Shown: one piece after another, positions 11,760 through 24,581 of the stretch
How the letters are laid out: each line of letters starts with the position of its first letter
Numbering within the stretch: position 1 is the stretch's first letter
NCBI RefSeq assembly: GCF_018350175.1
Contig: NC_058368.1
Location: 85,004,001 to 85,068,000, forward strand
Reading direction: 5' to 3'
Source: Felis catus
Taxonomy: Eukaryota
Length of the DNA stretch: 64,000 nucleotides
Program-made: the position numbers and the translations under genes
The notes under the pieces: generated by a model
What the model saw: only the letters and a program-made list of their open reading frames with translations
Told to the model about the DNA's origin: nothing
Database searches by the model: none

Positions 11760-13645
11760 TGATGGACATTTACCATATAAATGAAAATAAGAAGAAAGTT
11801 TGGTTAGCAATACTTATACTGAACAAAAGATAACTTAAAACAAAGACTGCAGCAGGAGACAAAAAGAACACTACATGATGAAAAAAGAAACAAACAATGG
11901 GATATAATGATTATAAATATTTATGCACCCAACATGGTAGATCCTAAATACATAAAGCATCTATTAACAGACATAAAAAGAGAAATTGACAGCAATACAA
12001 TAATACTAGAACATGTTAGCACCCAATATGCATCAATTGAGAGATTATCCAGTGAAAAATCAAAGAGCAAACAGTGTCTTTGAATGACATGTTGGACCAG
12101 ATGGACCTAACAGATATATTCAGAACATTCTATCCAAAAACAGCAAAACACACATTCTTTTCATGTGCACATTAAACATTCTCCAGAATAGATCACATCA
12201 GTACACAACACATTTCTCAATAAGCAGAAAATTATTAAAATAGTAATGTTTATTTTTTCTGACCACAGTAGTATAAAAGTGGGAGCAAGTACAAAAATAA
12301 AAAAAAATCTGGAAAGACACAAATACATGGGGGCTGAACAACGTGTTACAAAACAATGAATGGGTCAACTAATAAATCAAATAGGAAACAACAAAAATAT
12401 ATGGAAACAAATGAAAATGGAAACACAATGGTTGTGTTGAAACATTCAATCATTGATCCAAATGGACACCTGTGTGACTAGGTTGGTTAAACATCTGACT
12501 CGTGATTTTGGCTCAGGTTATGATCTCATGGTTGGTGGAATCAAGCCCCATATTGGCCTCTGTGCTGGCAGTATGGAGCCTAATTGTAATTCTTTCTCAC
12601 CTTCTATCTGTGCTCCTACCCCACTCATGCTCTCCCCCACCTCTCAAAATCAATAAATGAATTTAAAAAAATAAGAAACCAAATCATTGAAGTGCAACAA
12701 AGCTTTTCTAAGAAATATTAGAGCAATACAGGCCGATCTCAAGAAACAAGAAAAATATAAAATAAAAAAGCTAACCTTACATCTAAAGGAGTTAGAAAAA
12801 GATAAATAAACCCAGAAGCCATTATAAGGAAACAATACTAAAAATTAGAGCAAAAATTACAGAAATAGAGACTTTAAAAAAGCCAATAAAACAGATTAAT
12901 GAAAGCATTAGTTGGTTCTTTGAAAGGATCAACAAAATTGATAAAATTTTTCCCAAAATCATCAAGAAGAGAAAAAGATACAGAGACAGATACACATACA
13001 CAGAGAAAACCCAAAGAAATAGAGAAGAAATAACTGCCATCACAGAAATACAAAAGTTTGCAACAGCATGGTATGAAAAATTACATGCCAAAAAATTAGA
13101 CAACCAAAATAAATGCATACATTTCTAGAAACATATCATCTTTCAAAACTAAATAAGGAAGAAATAGAAAATTTTAACAGAATAACAATTAAATAAAATC
13201 AATAACCATAAAATTGCCAATAAACAAATGTCCAGGATCAGATGGCTTCCCAGATAAGTTCTACCAAACATTAAAAAAATGTTAATACTGATATTAATTA
13301 AACTATACTAATAAGTTGAAGAAGAAGAAAGGCTACCAAATTTATTATATAATCCAAGACACTACAATAAGAAAACTAACCAACCAACCAACCAACCAAC
13401 CAACCAACCACAAAGCCAGTATCTCTGAGGAATATAGATTTAAAAATCTTTAAAAAATATTACCAAACTGAATTAAACAATTTATTTTCAAAAAATTCAC
13501 TATGAGTATGTGGGATTTATTTTATGCATGCATGGGTGGCTTTATAATTGCAAATAAGTGAACATGATATATTACATTAATAAGAAAAATAATTAAAAAC
13601 CATATGATCATCTCAACAGATGCACAAAGAACATTTAACAGAGTA
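11760..13645 (+). mobile_element. Old LINE-1 ORF2, left part (continues at ~19850)
   Basis: Degenerate endonuclease to RT sequence ending CAACAGATGCACAAAGAACATTTAACA; the collinear continuation ATGATAAAAACTC is at ~19868. Confidence 0.85.
12464..12670 (+). mobile_element. Can-SINE (old)
   Basis: GGACACCTGTGTGACTAGGTTGGTTAA head and SINEC body. Confidence 0.85.
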
Positions 13646-14019
13646 ATTTTTTTTCAAAATTTTACTTAAATTTTAATTAGATAACGTACAGATAATAAAT
13701 AATATTGTTTTCAGAAGTAGAATATAGTGATTCATCTCTTACATAATACTCAGTGCTCAACAAAAGTGCCCTCCTTAATACCGATTATCCATTTAACCAT
13801 CACCAACCCACCACCCTCCATCAACCTTCAGTTTGCTGTCTATCATAAAGAGTCTTTTGTGTTTTATTCCCCTCTCTCTTCCCTCCTTTCCCATATGTTC
13901 ATCTGTTGTGGTTGTTAAATGCCACATATGAGTGAAATCATATGGGATTTGTCTCTCTCTGACTTACTTCGCTTAGCATATACACTCTAATGCCATCTAC
14001 ATCCCTTTTAATGGCTAAG

Positions 14020-14061
<42 letters not shown>

Positions 14062-14444
14062 GTGCATGTATATATATAATATATATTAATGGCTGAGTGA
14101 ATATATATAGTGCATGTAATACATATAATATTATATATATGTATATATAGTGCATGTGTGTGTATAGCAATATATATATTATATTATATTATATTATATT
14201 ATATTATATTTATTATATTATATATATACACACATATATAGTGTGTGTGTGTGTGTGTGTGTATAGCAATTATAAATATTTATACATCCAACATAGGAGA
14301 TCCTAAATACATAAAGCATCTACTAACAGACATTAAAAGAAAAATTGACAGCAATACAATAATGCTAGAACATGTTAGCACCCCATATGCATTAACTGAT
14401 AAATTATCCAGTAAGAAAATCATATACATATATATAATCACATA
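13646..14444 (-). mobile_element. 3' end of a twin-primed LINE-1 (remainder at 19081-19848), containing a TA/TG microsatellite
   Basis: Poly-T, antisense carnivore L1 3'UTR, TA-rich expansion 14020-14265. Confidence 0.8.
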
Positions 14445-17321
14445 TTTTTTTAATTTAAATTCAAGTTAGTTAACATACAGGGTAGTCTTGGTTTTCAGGA
14501 GTAGAATCCAGTGATTCATCTCTTATGTATGACACCTAGTAGTCATCCTGAAAAGTGCCCTCCTTAATGCCTATCACCCATTTAGCCCATCCACCCATCC
14601 ACCTTGCCTCCACAACTGTCAGCTAGTTTTATGTACTTAAGAGTCTTGCATGGTTTGTTCCCTCTCTGTTTTCACCTTATTTTTCCTTCCCTTCCCGTGT
14701 GTTCATCTGTCGTGTTTCTTAAATTCCACATATGAGTGAAATACATTTGTCTTTCTCAGACTGACATATTTCACTTAGCATAAGACACTGTAGTTCCTTC
14801 CATATTGTTGCAATGGCAAGATTTCATTTGTTTTTATTGCTAAGTAGTATTCCATTATGTGTTGTGTGTGTGTGAGTGTGTGCGTGTGTGTGCACGTGTA
14901 TTCCCCCACATTCATCAGTTGGGGGAAATTTGGGCTCTTTCTGTAATTTGGCTATTGTTGATTGTACTGGTATAAACATTGGGGTGCATATGCCCCTTCG
15001 AATCAGCATTTTTGTATCCTTTGGATAAATACCTCATAGTGCAATTGCAGGATCATAGGGTAGCTCTATTTTTAATTTTCAGAGGAACTTACATACTGTT
15101 TTCCGGAGTGACTGCCCCAGTTTTCATTCCCAACATTGCAGAAGGGTTCCCCTTTATCTACATCCTTGCCAAAATCTGTTGTTTCCCGAATTGTCAATTT
15201 TAGCCATTCTGATAGGTGTGAGGTAGTATCTCATTGAAGTTTTTATTTATGAGAGATGTTGAGCATTTTTTTTTTTCAACTATAACTTAGCCATCTGGAT
15301 GTCTTCTTTGGAAAAGTGTCTGTTTATGTCTTCTGCTCATTTCTTCACTGGATTGTTTTTTGTTGCTGAGTTTGGTAAGTTCTTTATAAATTTTGGATAC
15401 AAACCCTTTATCTGATATGCCATTTGCAAATATCTTCCCTCATTCAGTCGGTTGCCTTTTAATTTTGTTGTTTTCTTCACTGTGTGAATTCATTTTTGCT
15501 TTTATTTTCCTTGCTTCCAGGGAAATTTCAAGTAAGAAGTTTTTGCAGCCAAGGTCAACAAAGTTGCTGCTTGCTTTTTCCTCTATGATTTTGATGGTTT
15601 CCTGCAACACATTGAGGTCTTTCATTCATTTTGAATTTATTTTTGCTTATGGTGTAAGAAAGTGGTTTATGCTCATTCTTCTGCATGTCACTGTCCATTT
15701 TTCCCAGCACCATTTGTTGAAGACGCTGCCTTTTTTTGTTTTCATTGGATACTCTTTTCTGGTTCATCAAAGATTAATTGGCCATACATTTGTGAGTCCA
15801 TTTCTGGGTTCTCTTTCTACTCTATTGATCTATGTGTCTGTTTTTGTGCCAGTACCATACTGTCTTGATGATTACAGCTTTGTAATAAAACTTGAAGTCT
15901 GAAATTGTCATGACTTCAGTACTGGCTTTCTTTTTCAACAATAGTTTGGCTAATTGGGGTATTTTCTGGTTCCATACAAATTTTAAGATTATTGGTTCTA
16001 GCTCTGTGAAGAATGATGGTGTTATTTTGATAGGTGTTGCATTGAATATGTAGGTTGATTTGTGTCCTGTAGACATTTTAACAATCCATTTGTTCTTCCA
16101 ATCCATGAGCATGGAAAGTTTTTCCACTTATCTCTGTCTTCTTCAAATTCTTTCATAATCTTTCTATAATTTTAAGCATACAGATCTTTTATCTCTTTGG
16201 TTATGTTTGTTCCTAGGTATCCTATGACTTTTGGTGCAACTTTAAATGGGATTTATTTCTTGATATCTCTTTCTGCTGCATTATAGTTGGTGTATAGAAA
16301 TGCCACAATTTTTGTATGTTGATTTTATATACTGTGACTTTGCTGAATTCATGTATCACCTCTAGTAGTTTTTTGGTGGAGTCTTGGTTTTCTATGCAGA
16401 GTATTATGTCACATATGAAGAGTGAGTTTGACTTCTTCCTTGTCAATTTGGATGACTTTATTGTTGTCTGATTGCTGAGCTAGAGATTCTAATGCTATGT
16501 TGAACAACAGTGTTGAGGGTGTACATTCCTGTCATATTGCTTATCTTAGGAGGAATGCTGTCAGTTTTTCCTCACTGAGGGTTATATTAACTGTGGGCCT
16601 TTCATATATGGCTTGTATGATGTTGAGTTATGTTCTTCTATCCCTACTTTCTGGAGGGATTTTATCAAGAAAGGATGCTATATTTTATCAAATGCTTTTT
16701 CTGAATCTATTGGAAGGTTTGTATGGTTTTTATCCTTTGTTAAGTAATATGGTATATCATACTGATTTATTTGTGAATATTGAGCCAGCCCTGCAGCCCA
16801 GGAATAAATCTCACTTGATCATGGTTAATAATTCTCTTGATGTACTGTTGAATTTGATTACTAATATCTTGTTGGGGATTTTTGCATCCATGTTTAGCAG
16901 GGATACTGGCCTTTTAAACTCCTTATTAGTGGTGTCTTTTTCTGCAATCAAGGTAATGTTGGTTGCATAGAATGTGCCTGGAAGCCTTCCATACATTTGC
17001 CTTTTGGGGGACAGATTGAAGATAATAGGTATTAACTCTTCTTTCAATGTCTATAGAATTCACCTGGAAAAGTCATCTGGCCCACGACTCTTATTTGTTG
17101 GGGGATTTTCAATAAATGATTCAATTTCTTTGGCGGTTATAGTCTGTTCCAATTTTCTATTCCTTTCTGAGTTTTGGTAGTGAGTGAGTGTCTAGGAATT
17201 TGTCCATTTACCAGATTGTCCAATTTGTTGTCATATAATTTTTCATAGTATTCTCTTATAATTTTATTTCTGTGGTTTTGGATGTGATCCCTCTTGTCAT
17301 TTGTAATTTTATCTATTCAGG

Positions 17322-17361
<40 letters not shown>

Positions 17362-19080
17362 AGATGTTTGACTAGTGGATTATCAATTTTGTCCATTCTT
17401 TCAAAAACCAGCTCTTAGTTCCATTGATCTGTTCTACTGTTTTTTTTAATTCTATATTGTTTATTGTTGCTCTAATCTTTATTATTCCCCAACTTATGCT
17501 GGCTTTGGTCTTTATTTTATGCTCCTTTTCTAGCCACTTTATGTGTAAGTTTAGATTTTGTATTTGAGACTTTCCTTGCTTCTTGAGTTAAGCCTGAATT
17601 GCAAGATATTTTCCTCTCAGGAATGCCTTTGCTGTATCCCAAATATTTGGAGTGTTGTGTTTTCATTTTGATTTTCTTCCATGTATTTTGAAGTGTCTTT
17701 TTTAATTTCCGAGATAATCCACTCATTCCTTAGTAGGATGTTCTTTAACTCCATGTATTTGAGGGCATTCCAAACTTTTTCTTGTGGTTGATTTCAAGTT
17801 TCATAGTGTTGTGATTGGAAAATAAGCATGGTATGATTCCAATCTTTTTTTACTTGTTGAGGGAAGATTTGTGGCCCAATATGTTATATATTCTGGAGAA
17901 TGTTCCACGTGAACTCAAAATGAATGTTTTCTGCTGCTTTAGTATGAAATGTTCTAAATAGATCTGTTATGTCCATCTGGTCCAGTGTTTTATTCAGAGC
18001 CATTGCGAACTTGTTGATTTTCTAACTAGATTATCTGTCCATAGCTGTAAATAAAGTTTTAAAGTCTCCTCCAATAATGGTATTATTATCAATGAATTTG
18101 TTTATGAATTATACATTTGGGTTCTTCCATGTTAGGGTCATAAATATCAAAATTGTTGGCTCTACTTGATGCATAGACCCCTTAATTGTGATATAATATC
18201 TTTCTTTATCTCTTGTTACAGTCTGTTTTAAAATCTAGTTTGTCTAATATATGTATGGCTACTTTGAATTTTTTTTAACCTCCCTTAGCAAAGTAGTGTT
18301 CCTCCATCCCTTCACTTTCAATCTGCAGGTGTCTTCAGGTCTAAACTGATTCTCTTGTAGGAAGCATAGAGATGAATCTTGTTTTTTATCCATTCTGATA
18401 CCCTATGTCTTATGAATGGGGCATTTAATACATTTAAATTAAGAGTGATCATTGAAATATATGAATTTTGTGGCATTGTTTTATGTAGAGATTTAGTGTT
18501 TCTGGTGATGTTCTTGTGTCCTTTGTTGTCTTTCCTGCTTTCCACTCAGATAGTCCCCTTTAGAATTTCTTGCTGGACAGGTTTATTGGTCACAAACTCC
18601 TTTGGTTTTAGTTTGTCTAGGAAAGTGTTTACCCCTCCTTCTATTCTGAATGGCAGCATCACTGGATAAAGGATTCTTGGCTGCATTTTTTTTTCTATTC
18701 ATCACATTGAATATTGCTTGCCACTCCCTTTTGGCATGCCAAGTCGGTGAGCAGTTCTGCTACTAACCTTATGTGTCCACCTTTGTAATTTAAGAACCTT
18801 TTGTCCCTAGCTGCTTTCAGAATTCTCTATCTTTTTATGTTGGAAGTTTCACTATGATATCTCATGGTGTTGACCTGTTTTTGTTGAATTTGAAGAAAGT
18901 TCTCTGTGCCTTCTGGACTTGGATGCCTGTTTTCTTCCCCAGATTAGGGAAGTTATCAGATATAATTTTTTTCAAATAAACTTCTGCCACTTTTTCTCGC
19001 TCTTCTTCTACAATTCTTATGATACAGATATTGTTTCATTTCATGGAACCACTTAGTTCTCTAATTCTCTCGTGATCTAG
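14445..19080 (-). mobile_element. LINE-1, ~4.6 kb, 5'-truncated in ORF1, degenerate
   Basis: Continuous antisense 3'UTR, ORF2 (minus-strand ORFs 15822-16127, 16811-17047, 18318-18545) and ORF1 C-terminal half. Confidence 0.9.
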
Positions 19081-19848
19081 TGTGAGGTTGTATGGCATCA
19101 AGTTTTTTTTTATTTGTATTTCCCTGATGATGAATGATGTTAGATACTTTTTAATGTGTCTGTTAGCCATAGGGATGTCTTCTTTGCAAAAATGTATATT
19201 CATGTCTTCTACCCACTTATTAACTGGATTATTTGTCTTGTTTTTGATGTTGTTGTTTGATAAATTCTTTATAGATTTTGAATACTAACCCTTTATCAGA
19301 CATGTCACTTGCAAATATCCTCTCCCATTCTGTCAGTTGCCTTTTAGTTTTTTTTTTTTTGTTTTTGTTTTTTTGTTTTTGTTTTGTTTTGTTTTGCTTT
19401 TTGTGTTTCCTTTGCTGTGCAGGGCTTTTTATTCTGAAGCTATATTGCAAAGCTATGGTCATCAAGAACATATGAGATTGTCACAAAAACATATAGATCA
19501 ATGGAACAGAGTAGAGAACCCAGAAATGGAACCACAACTATATGGTCAATAATCTTTGAGAAAGCAGGAAAGAATATGCAATGGAAAAGATACAGTCACT
19601 TCAACACTTGGTGTTGGGAAAACTGTACAACTACATTCACAAGAATGAAACTGGACCACTTTATTACACCATAAACACATATAAATTCAAAATGCATGAA
19701 AAACTTAAATGTGAGAGAGTAAACCATTAAAAATCTAGAGGAGAACACAAGCAGTAAACTCTTTGACTTTGACCATAGAAACTTCTTACTAGATAATCAC
19801 TGGAGGGAAGGGAAACAAAAAAAAATGAACTATTGTCACTTCACCAAA
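19081..19848. mobile_element. 5' part of twin-primed LINE-1: minus-strand 19081-~19433, inverted plus-strand ~19434-19848
   Basis: Strand switch at GCTTTTTATT|CTGAAGCTATATTGC; the inverted piece ends at ...CTTCACCAAA, which adjoins the start of the non-inverted piece in L1 coordinates. Confidence 0.8.
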
Positions 19849-19849
19849 T

Positions 19850-21609
19850 GTAAATTTTGATTTATTTATGATAAAAACTCTAAAAAAAGAGAATTATAGG
19901 GAGCATACCTCAACACAGTAAAAGCATATATGAAAAAACTTTCAGCTAATGTTAAACTGAGTGGTGAAAAATTAGAGCTTTTTCTCTAAGATTAACATGT
20001 TCATTCTCAACACTTTCATTTAACAAAACACCTAAAGTTCTAAGTAATCTAACAGTAATCAGAAAACAAAATAAATGAAACAAATATACATTTGTAAGAA
20101 AGATGTGAAATTTTTACTGTCTTACTTCCCAAAGACTCCACTGATAAAACGATAGATGAATTCAATACAATTACAAGATACAAAATTGATCTACATAAAT
20201 CTGCTGAATATACAATAATGATGATTAGTAGAAAGAAAATTAAAAAAATTCAATTTCCCATTGCACCAAATATAATAAAATACCAAGAAATAAACTTAAC
20301 AAATAGGTGAAAGACCTAAATACTCTAAAAACTATAAAACAGTAATGATAGAAGCAGAAAATGACACAGAGAAATTGAAATATATGCATGCATATAGATA
20401 GGAAAAAACAATATTATAAAATGGCTATACTATCCAAAACAACATATGGGTTAATGTAATCCCCATGAAAATAAAACAGTGTTTTCACAGAACTGGGACA
20501 AATAATCCTAAAATTTCTAAGGAACCACAGAAGACCCAAGATAGCCAAGGAAATATTGAGAAAAAAAGATAAAGCTTGGAGATATCACAGTCCAAGATTG
20601 AAATATATACTACTAACCTGTAATAATCCTAGCATCATCGTATTGAAACAAAAATAGAAAGATCTGTGATTAGAATAGTGTCCAGAAATAAACCCATGTT
20701 GATATGGAAAATTAATCCGTGAAAAATGGAGCAAGAATATACAATGGGGTAAATGTAATCTGTTCAACAAATATTGCTGTGAAAACTGTATAGGTACATG
20801 TGAAGAAATGAAACTGGATCCCTTTCTTACACTACACAAAAATAAACTGAAAGCTAATTAAAAATATAATTGTGAGCCCTAAAAATGTAGAACTGCTAGA
20901 ATAAAATATAGGCAGTGATTTGTTTGATATCTGCCATATTAATATTTTTTCTAGTAATGTCTCTTCAGGCAAAGGAAACAAAAGAAAAATAAATTATTGT
21001 GATTACATCAAAATAAAAAGCTTATGTACTGCAAAGGAGAAAACACCAAAACAGTAAGCCTATAATGGGAGAAGACATTTACAAATAAATTATCTGATAA
21101 AGTGTTAGTATCCACAATACATAAAGAACTTCTAAAACCCAACATCCCAAAAATGAATAACCCAGTCTACAAATGAGCATAAGGCACAAATAGACATTTC
21201 TCCAAAGAAGACAGCGCATGGCCAACAGATACATGAAAAGATGTGCCTCAATATCATCAGTGAAATGCGAATCAAAACTAAATCACACCTGTCAGAATGG
21301 CTGAAGTCAACAAGAAATAACACGTGTTGGTAAGGATGTGGAAAAAAAGGAACACTCATGTATTGTTGGTAGGATTGCAAAGTGGTGCAGCCACTGTGGA
21401 AAATAGCATGGAGTTTCCTCAAGAAGTTAAAAGTAGAACTAACCTATGATGGAGCAATTGTACCACTAGATATTGCCCAAAGAATACAAAAATACGAATT
21501 CAAAGGGAAACATGCACATTGATATTTATAGCAGGATTATATACAATTGCCAAATTATGGAAACAGCCCAAGTGTCCATTGACTGATGAATTGATAATGA
21601 TGATGTGAC

Positions 21610-21676
<67 letters not shown>

Positions 21677-22053
21677 AATAATAGCCATAAGAATGAAATC
21701 TTGCCATTTTCAACAACATGGATAGAGCTAGAAAGTATTATTCTAAGTGAAATCAGTCAGAGAAAGAAAAAATACCATATGATTTCCCTCATATATGGAA
21801 TCTAAGAAACAAAACTAATGAAGAAAGAGAAAAAAAGAGGGAAAGAGGCAAACCAAGAAACAGAGTCTTACTTATAGAGAACAAATAAATGGTTATGAGA
21901 GTGGAGGTTGGGGTGGGTTGGTTAAATAGGTGATGGGAATTACACTGTGCACTTGTGATGAGCACGAGGCATTGTATGGAACTGTTGAACTACTCTATTG
22001 TCCACCAGAAACTTGTATTACACTGTATATTAACTAACTGGAATTTAAATAAT
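19850..22053 (+). mobile_element. Old LINE-1 ORF2 and 3'UTR, right part of the 11760-13645 element
   Basis: Degenerate RT and C-terminal sequence, (CT)n(CA)n at 21611-21674, 3' end TAACTAACTGGAATTTAAATAA. Confidence 0.85.
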
Positions 22054-22059
22054 TTTTTG

Positions 22060-22355
22060 ATAAGTATTCCATTGAATCTGTAGATTGCTTTGGGTAATAT
22101 GGACATTTTAACAATATTATTTCTTCCATTCCATGATTGGATTTCTTTTGCCAATGTCTAATAATTACCTGCTTGGTGAAACTTAATCCTAGGTATTTTC
22201 TTCCTGTTGATGCAATTGTTAATGGGATTTTCTTATTTTCTCTGAGAGTTTGTTGTTAGTGTATAGAAATGTAACAGATTTCTGTATATTGTTTTTTTTT
22301 ATTCTGAAACTTTACTAAATTAATGTATTATACCTAACAGGTTTTTGGTGGAGTA
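22060..22355 (-). mobile_element. Ancient LINE-1 (L1M-like) fragment
   Basis: TTGAATCTGTAGATTGCTTTGGGT ... GTTTTTGGTGGAGT is antisense ORF2. Confidence 0.75.
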
Positions 22356-22464
22356 TCACCTCTTGGGACAATTTGTTAATATGGAATTTTTATTAGTATT
22401 TATTGACTTGTATTTTTGTATACTACTGACTTATAATTATAATAAGAGAAATATTAAGTGTTTA

Positions 22465-22690
22465 CATAGCTAATTTCACAGTGTATTAAGGGAATCCGCA
22501 GACATTCTACTCAGATGCAAGGAACAATTCCCTAGAGAATCCTGATGATTAGAAAAGGTGTGTAATCCCAAGGGAAGTGATATTCTATGCATTTTCTAGG
22601 GTCCAGTGGGAATTTAAAAAAAGGGAGATGTTTTCCTTTGCAGACATTTGTGAGAGTTAAGGCAAGTAGAAGGTATTGCTAATTAAAGTG
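22465..22690. promoter_or_regulatory. Candidate OR promoter or enhancer: Ebf/OE sites plus homeodomain sites
   Basis: TCCCTAGAGA 22529-22538, TCCCAAGGGA 22566-22575, GCTAATT 22469, GCTAATTAA 22678-22686, in non-repeat DNA 5.4 kb upstream of the OR pseudogene. Confidence 0.5.
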
Positions 22691-23476
22691 AAGAACAGAA
22701 CTCCCACAAGACATTTGAAATGAGATTCAGAGTCACTACTTTAACACACCATGAATGTAGTTGACATCCTTTTAGGAAATATTTATTTGTTCTCCCTCAA
22801 ATCCAGCTCATATATAACTCTTATTTTGAAGTCACACATTGCCTCAGGCCCAGCCTTTGAGCCAATGGAAGTAAAGATGTGTTGATGTCTGTCAATATCA
22901 CATTAAATATTTGCATTTTTTTTCTTTAGAGAGTTGCTGGTGCCTCTTTGTGAGAATAATCATCATCCACTGAAAAGAATTTTGGAAACTAGCATATGCA
23001 ATAGAAAACATTGGCTGAACTTGAATAAATTTTATCAACTTGCTAGAACAATCACCTAAGATCAGTCTTTTTTTTTTTTGGAATTTTATAATTATTACAA
23101 ACAGTCTATGATGTGTAGAATTCCAATTATTTGAAAAAATGATTGATTTGGGGTTTGGAGACAGAAGTGAAAAGATGTGAACTGCTGCAACAATAATTAA
23201 AAAAAACCTTGCATCTTATTTTCAGCCTTTCCTCTCAGTAGTTATAATTTTGCCAAAATAAAAATCTTTTATTTTGTATCTGTTAAAACGTTTTAAGAAT
23301 CAAAGACCTAAATAAACATGAAGACCATCTATTTTATATCCTTCCCATGCTATATTTTTCAGCACAGCAGTGAATGAGTCATGTGTGGATGCCTTGACAG
23401 CACAAATAAACCTTGGGCCATACTTATGGTGTTTCCATTACTTGTTCACTCTTTTGAGAATAGAAATGAAACATAA

Positions 23477-23715
23477 GGGGGTGCCTGCGTGGCTCATTCA
23501 GTTAAGCATCTGACTCTTGATTTCAGTTCAAGTCATAATCTCAGGTATCATGAGTTTGAGCCTTGTGTTGGGCTCTGTGCTGACAGTGCAGAACCTGCTT
23601 GGAATTCTCTTTCTCCCTCTCTTTCTGCTCCTCCTCTCTCTGTCTCTCTCTTTCTCTCTCTCTCTCTTGCTTTATCTCACTTTCTCTCTTAAAATAAATA
23701 ACTAAACCTTAAAAA
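23477..23715 (+). mobile_element. Can-SINE
   Basis: GGGGGTGCCTGCGTGGCTCA head, long (CT)n, AATAAA tail. Confidence 0.9.
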
Positions 23716-23789
23716 GGAATAAAACATGGAGTCATGACATATAACAGACTAGGGACTCAGGATATGTCACATAATGAGGAAAATCTGTG

Positions 23790-23890
23790 AGTCTTTCATC
23801 AGTTTCCTTATCTGAAAGGTGGAGATAGTAATATTTTCTTCATAGAGTTGTGGTTTATTAATTCATTAGTCATTTAGTAACACCTATGTT
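23790..23890 (+). mobile_element. MIR remnant
   Basis: CAGTTTCCTTATCTGAAAGGTGGAGATAGTAATA matches the MIR core. Confidence 0.65.
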
Positions 23891-24159
23891 CTGAAAGTGA
23901 TTCTAAACATAAAGATTATCAAGGTAAATAAAACAAGGTCACAACACTCAATAAACCTGTGGGCTAGAAGTGGAGACAGATGCACAAGTAGAAACGAAAA
24001 TTCAAAGAGGTGATAACAATGAAATATTACAAAGGACTCCTTGCAAGTTGTTAACTTATAACTATCAAGTAACGATTCCTTACATTGGCACAATCATGTG
24101 TTTCTTCAGCCATCTCTGTTAAGGGCCCTTATCAACATTTCTGCAGCCTCTCCAGTTTT

Positions 24160-24371
24160 GGTTTTTTTTTTTTTTTTTTGAGTTTATTTTTTTTTTTTTT
24201 AAAGAGAGATAGAGAGAGTGGGGGAGAGGCAGAGAGTGAGGGAGAGAAGAATTCCAAGCAGGCTGTCAATGCTGGACCCAATGTGGGGCTTTATCTCATG
24301 AACTGTGAGATCATAGCCTAAGCCAAAATCAAGAATCTGGTGTTTAACTGATTGAGGCACCCAAGTGCCCC
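24160..24371 (-). mobile_element. Can-SINE
   Basis: Poly-T, (GA)n, reverse head GAGGCACCCAAGTGCCCC. Confidence 0.9.
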
Positions 24372-24581
24372 TGGCCTCTCCAATTTTTTTCTAACTTCAG
24401 TGCTTTTTCAATTTGCACCATCCCCTCTTTGCTCTGCCAACATCACTGCTGTTTTTAACACTTTATTTTTGTTGGACTTTGATATCCAACCCCATTGTGT
24501 TCAGAAAACAAATGGTCCTACTCATTGTCAGCATTTTTGAACAAAATTTATACAAAGAAAAACATTCCTGAGCTCCATGGC

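Noticed and set aside
15393..15902. Hydrophobic 100-170 aa ORFs resembling membrane proteins (also 16497-16970, 49961-50386)
   Set aside because: Antisense frames of A-rich L1 ORF2.
22060..22355. Same L1 ORF2 region lies upstream of both ORs (also ~57590-57910), suggesting a shared duplication unit
   Set aside because: The two OR proteins are only about half identical by eye, so the duplication is probably older than these L1 fragments; the adjacent unique DNA does not align.
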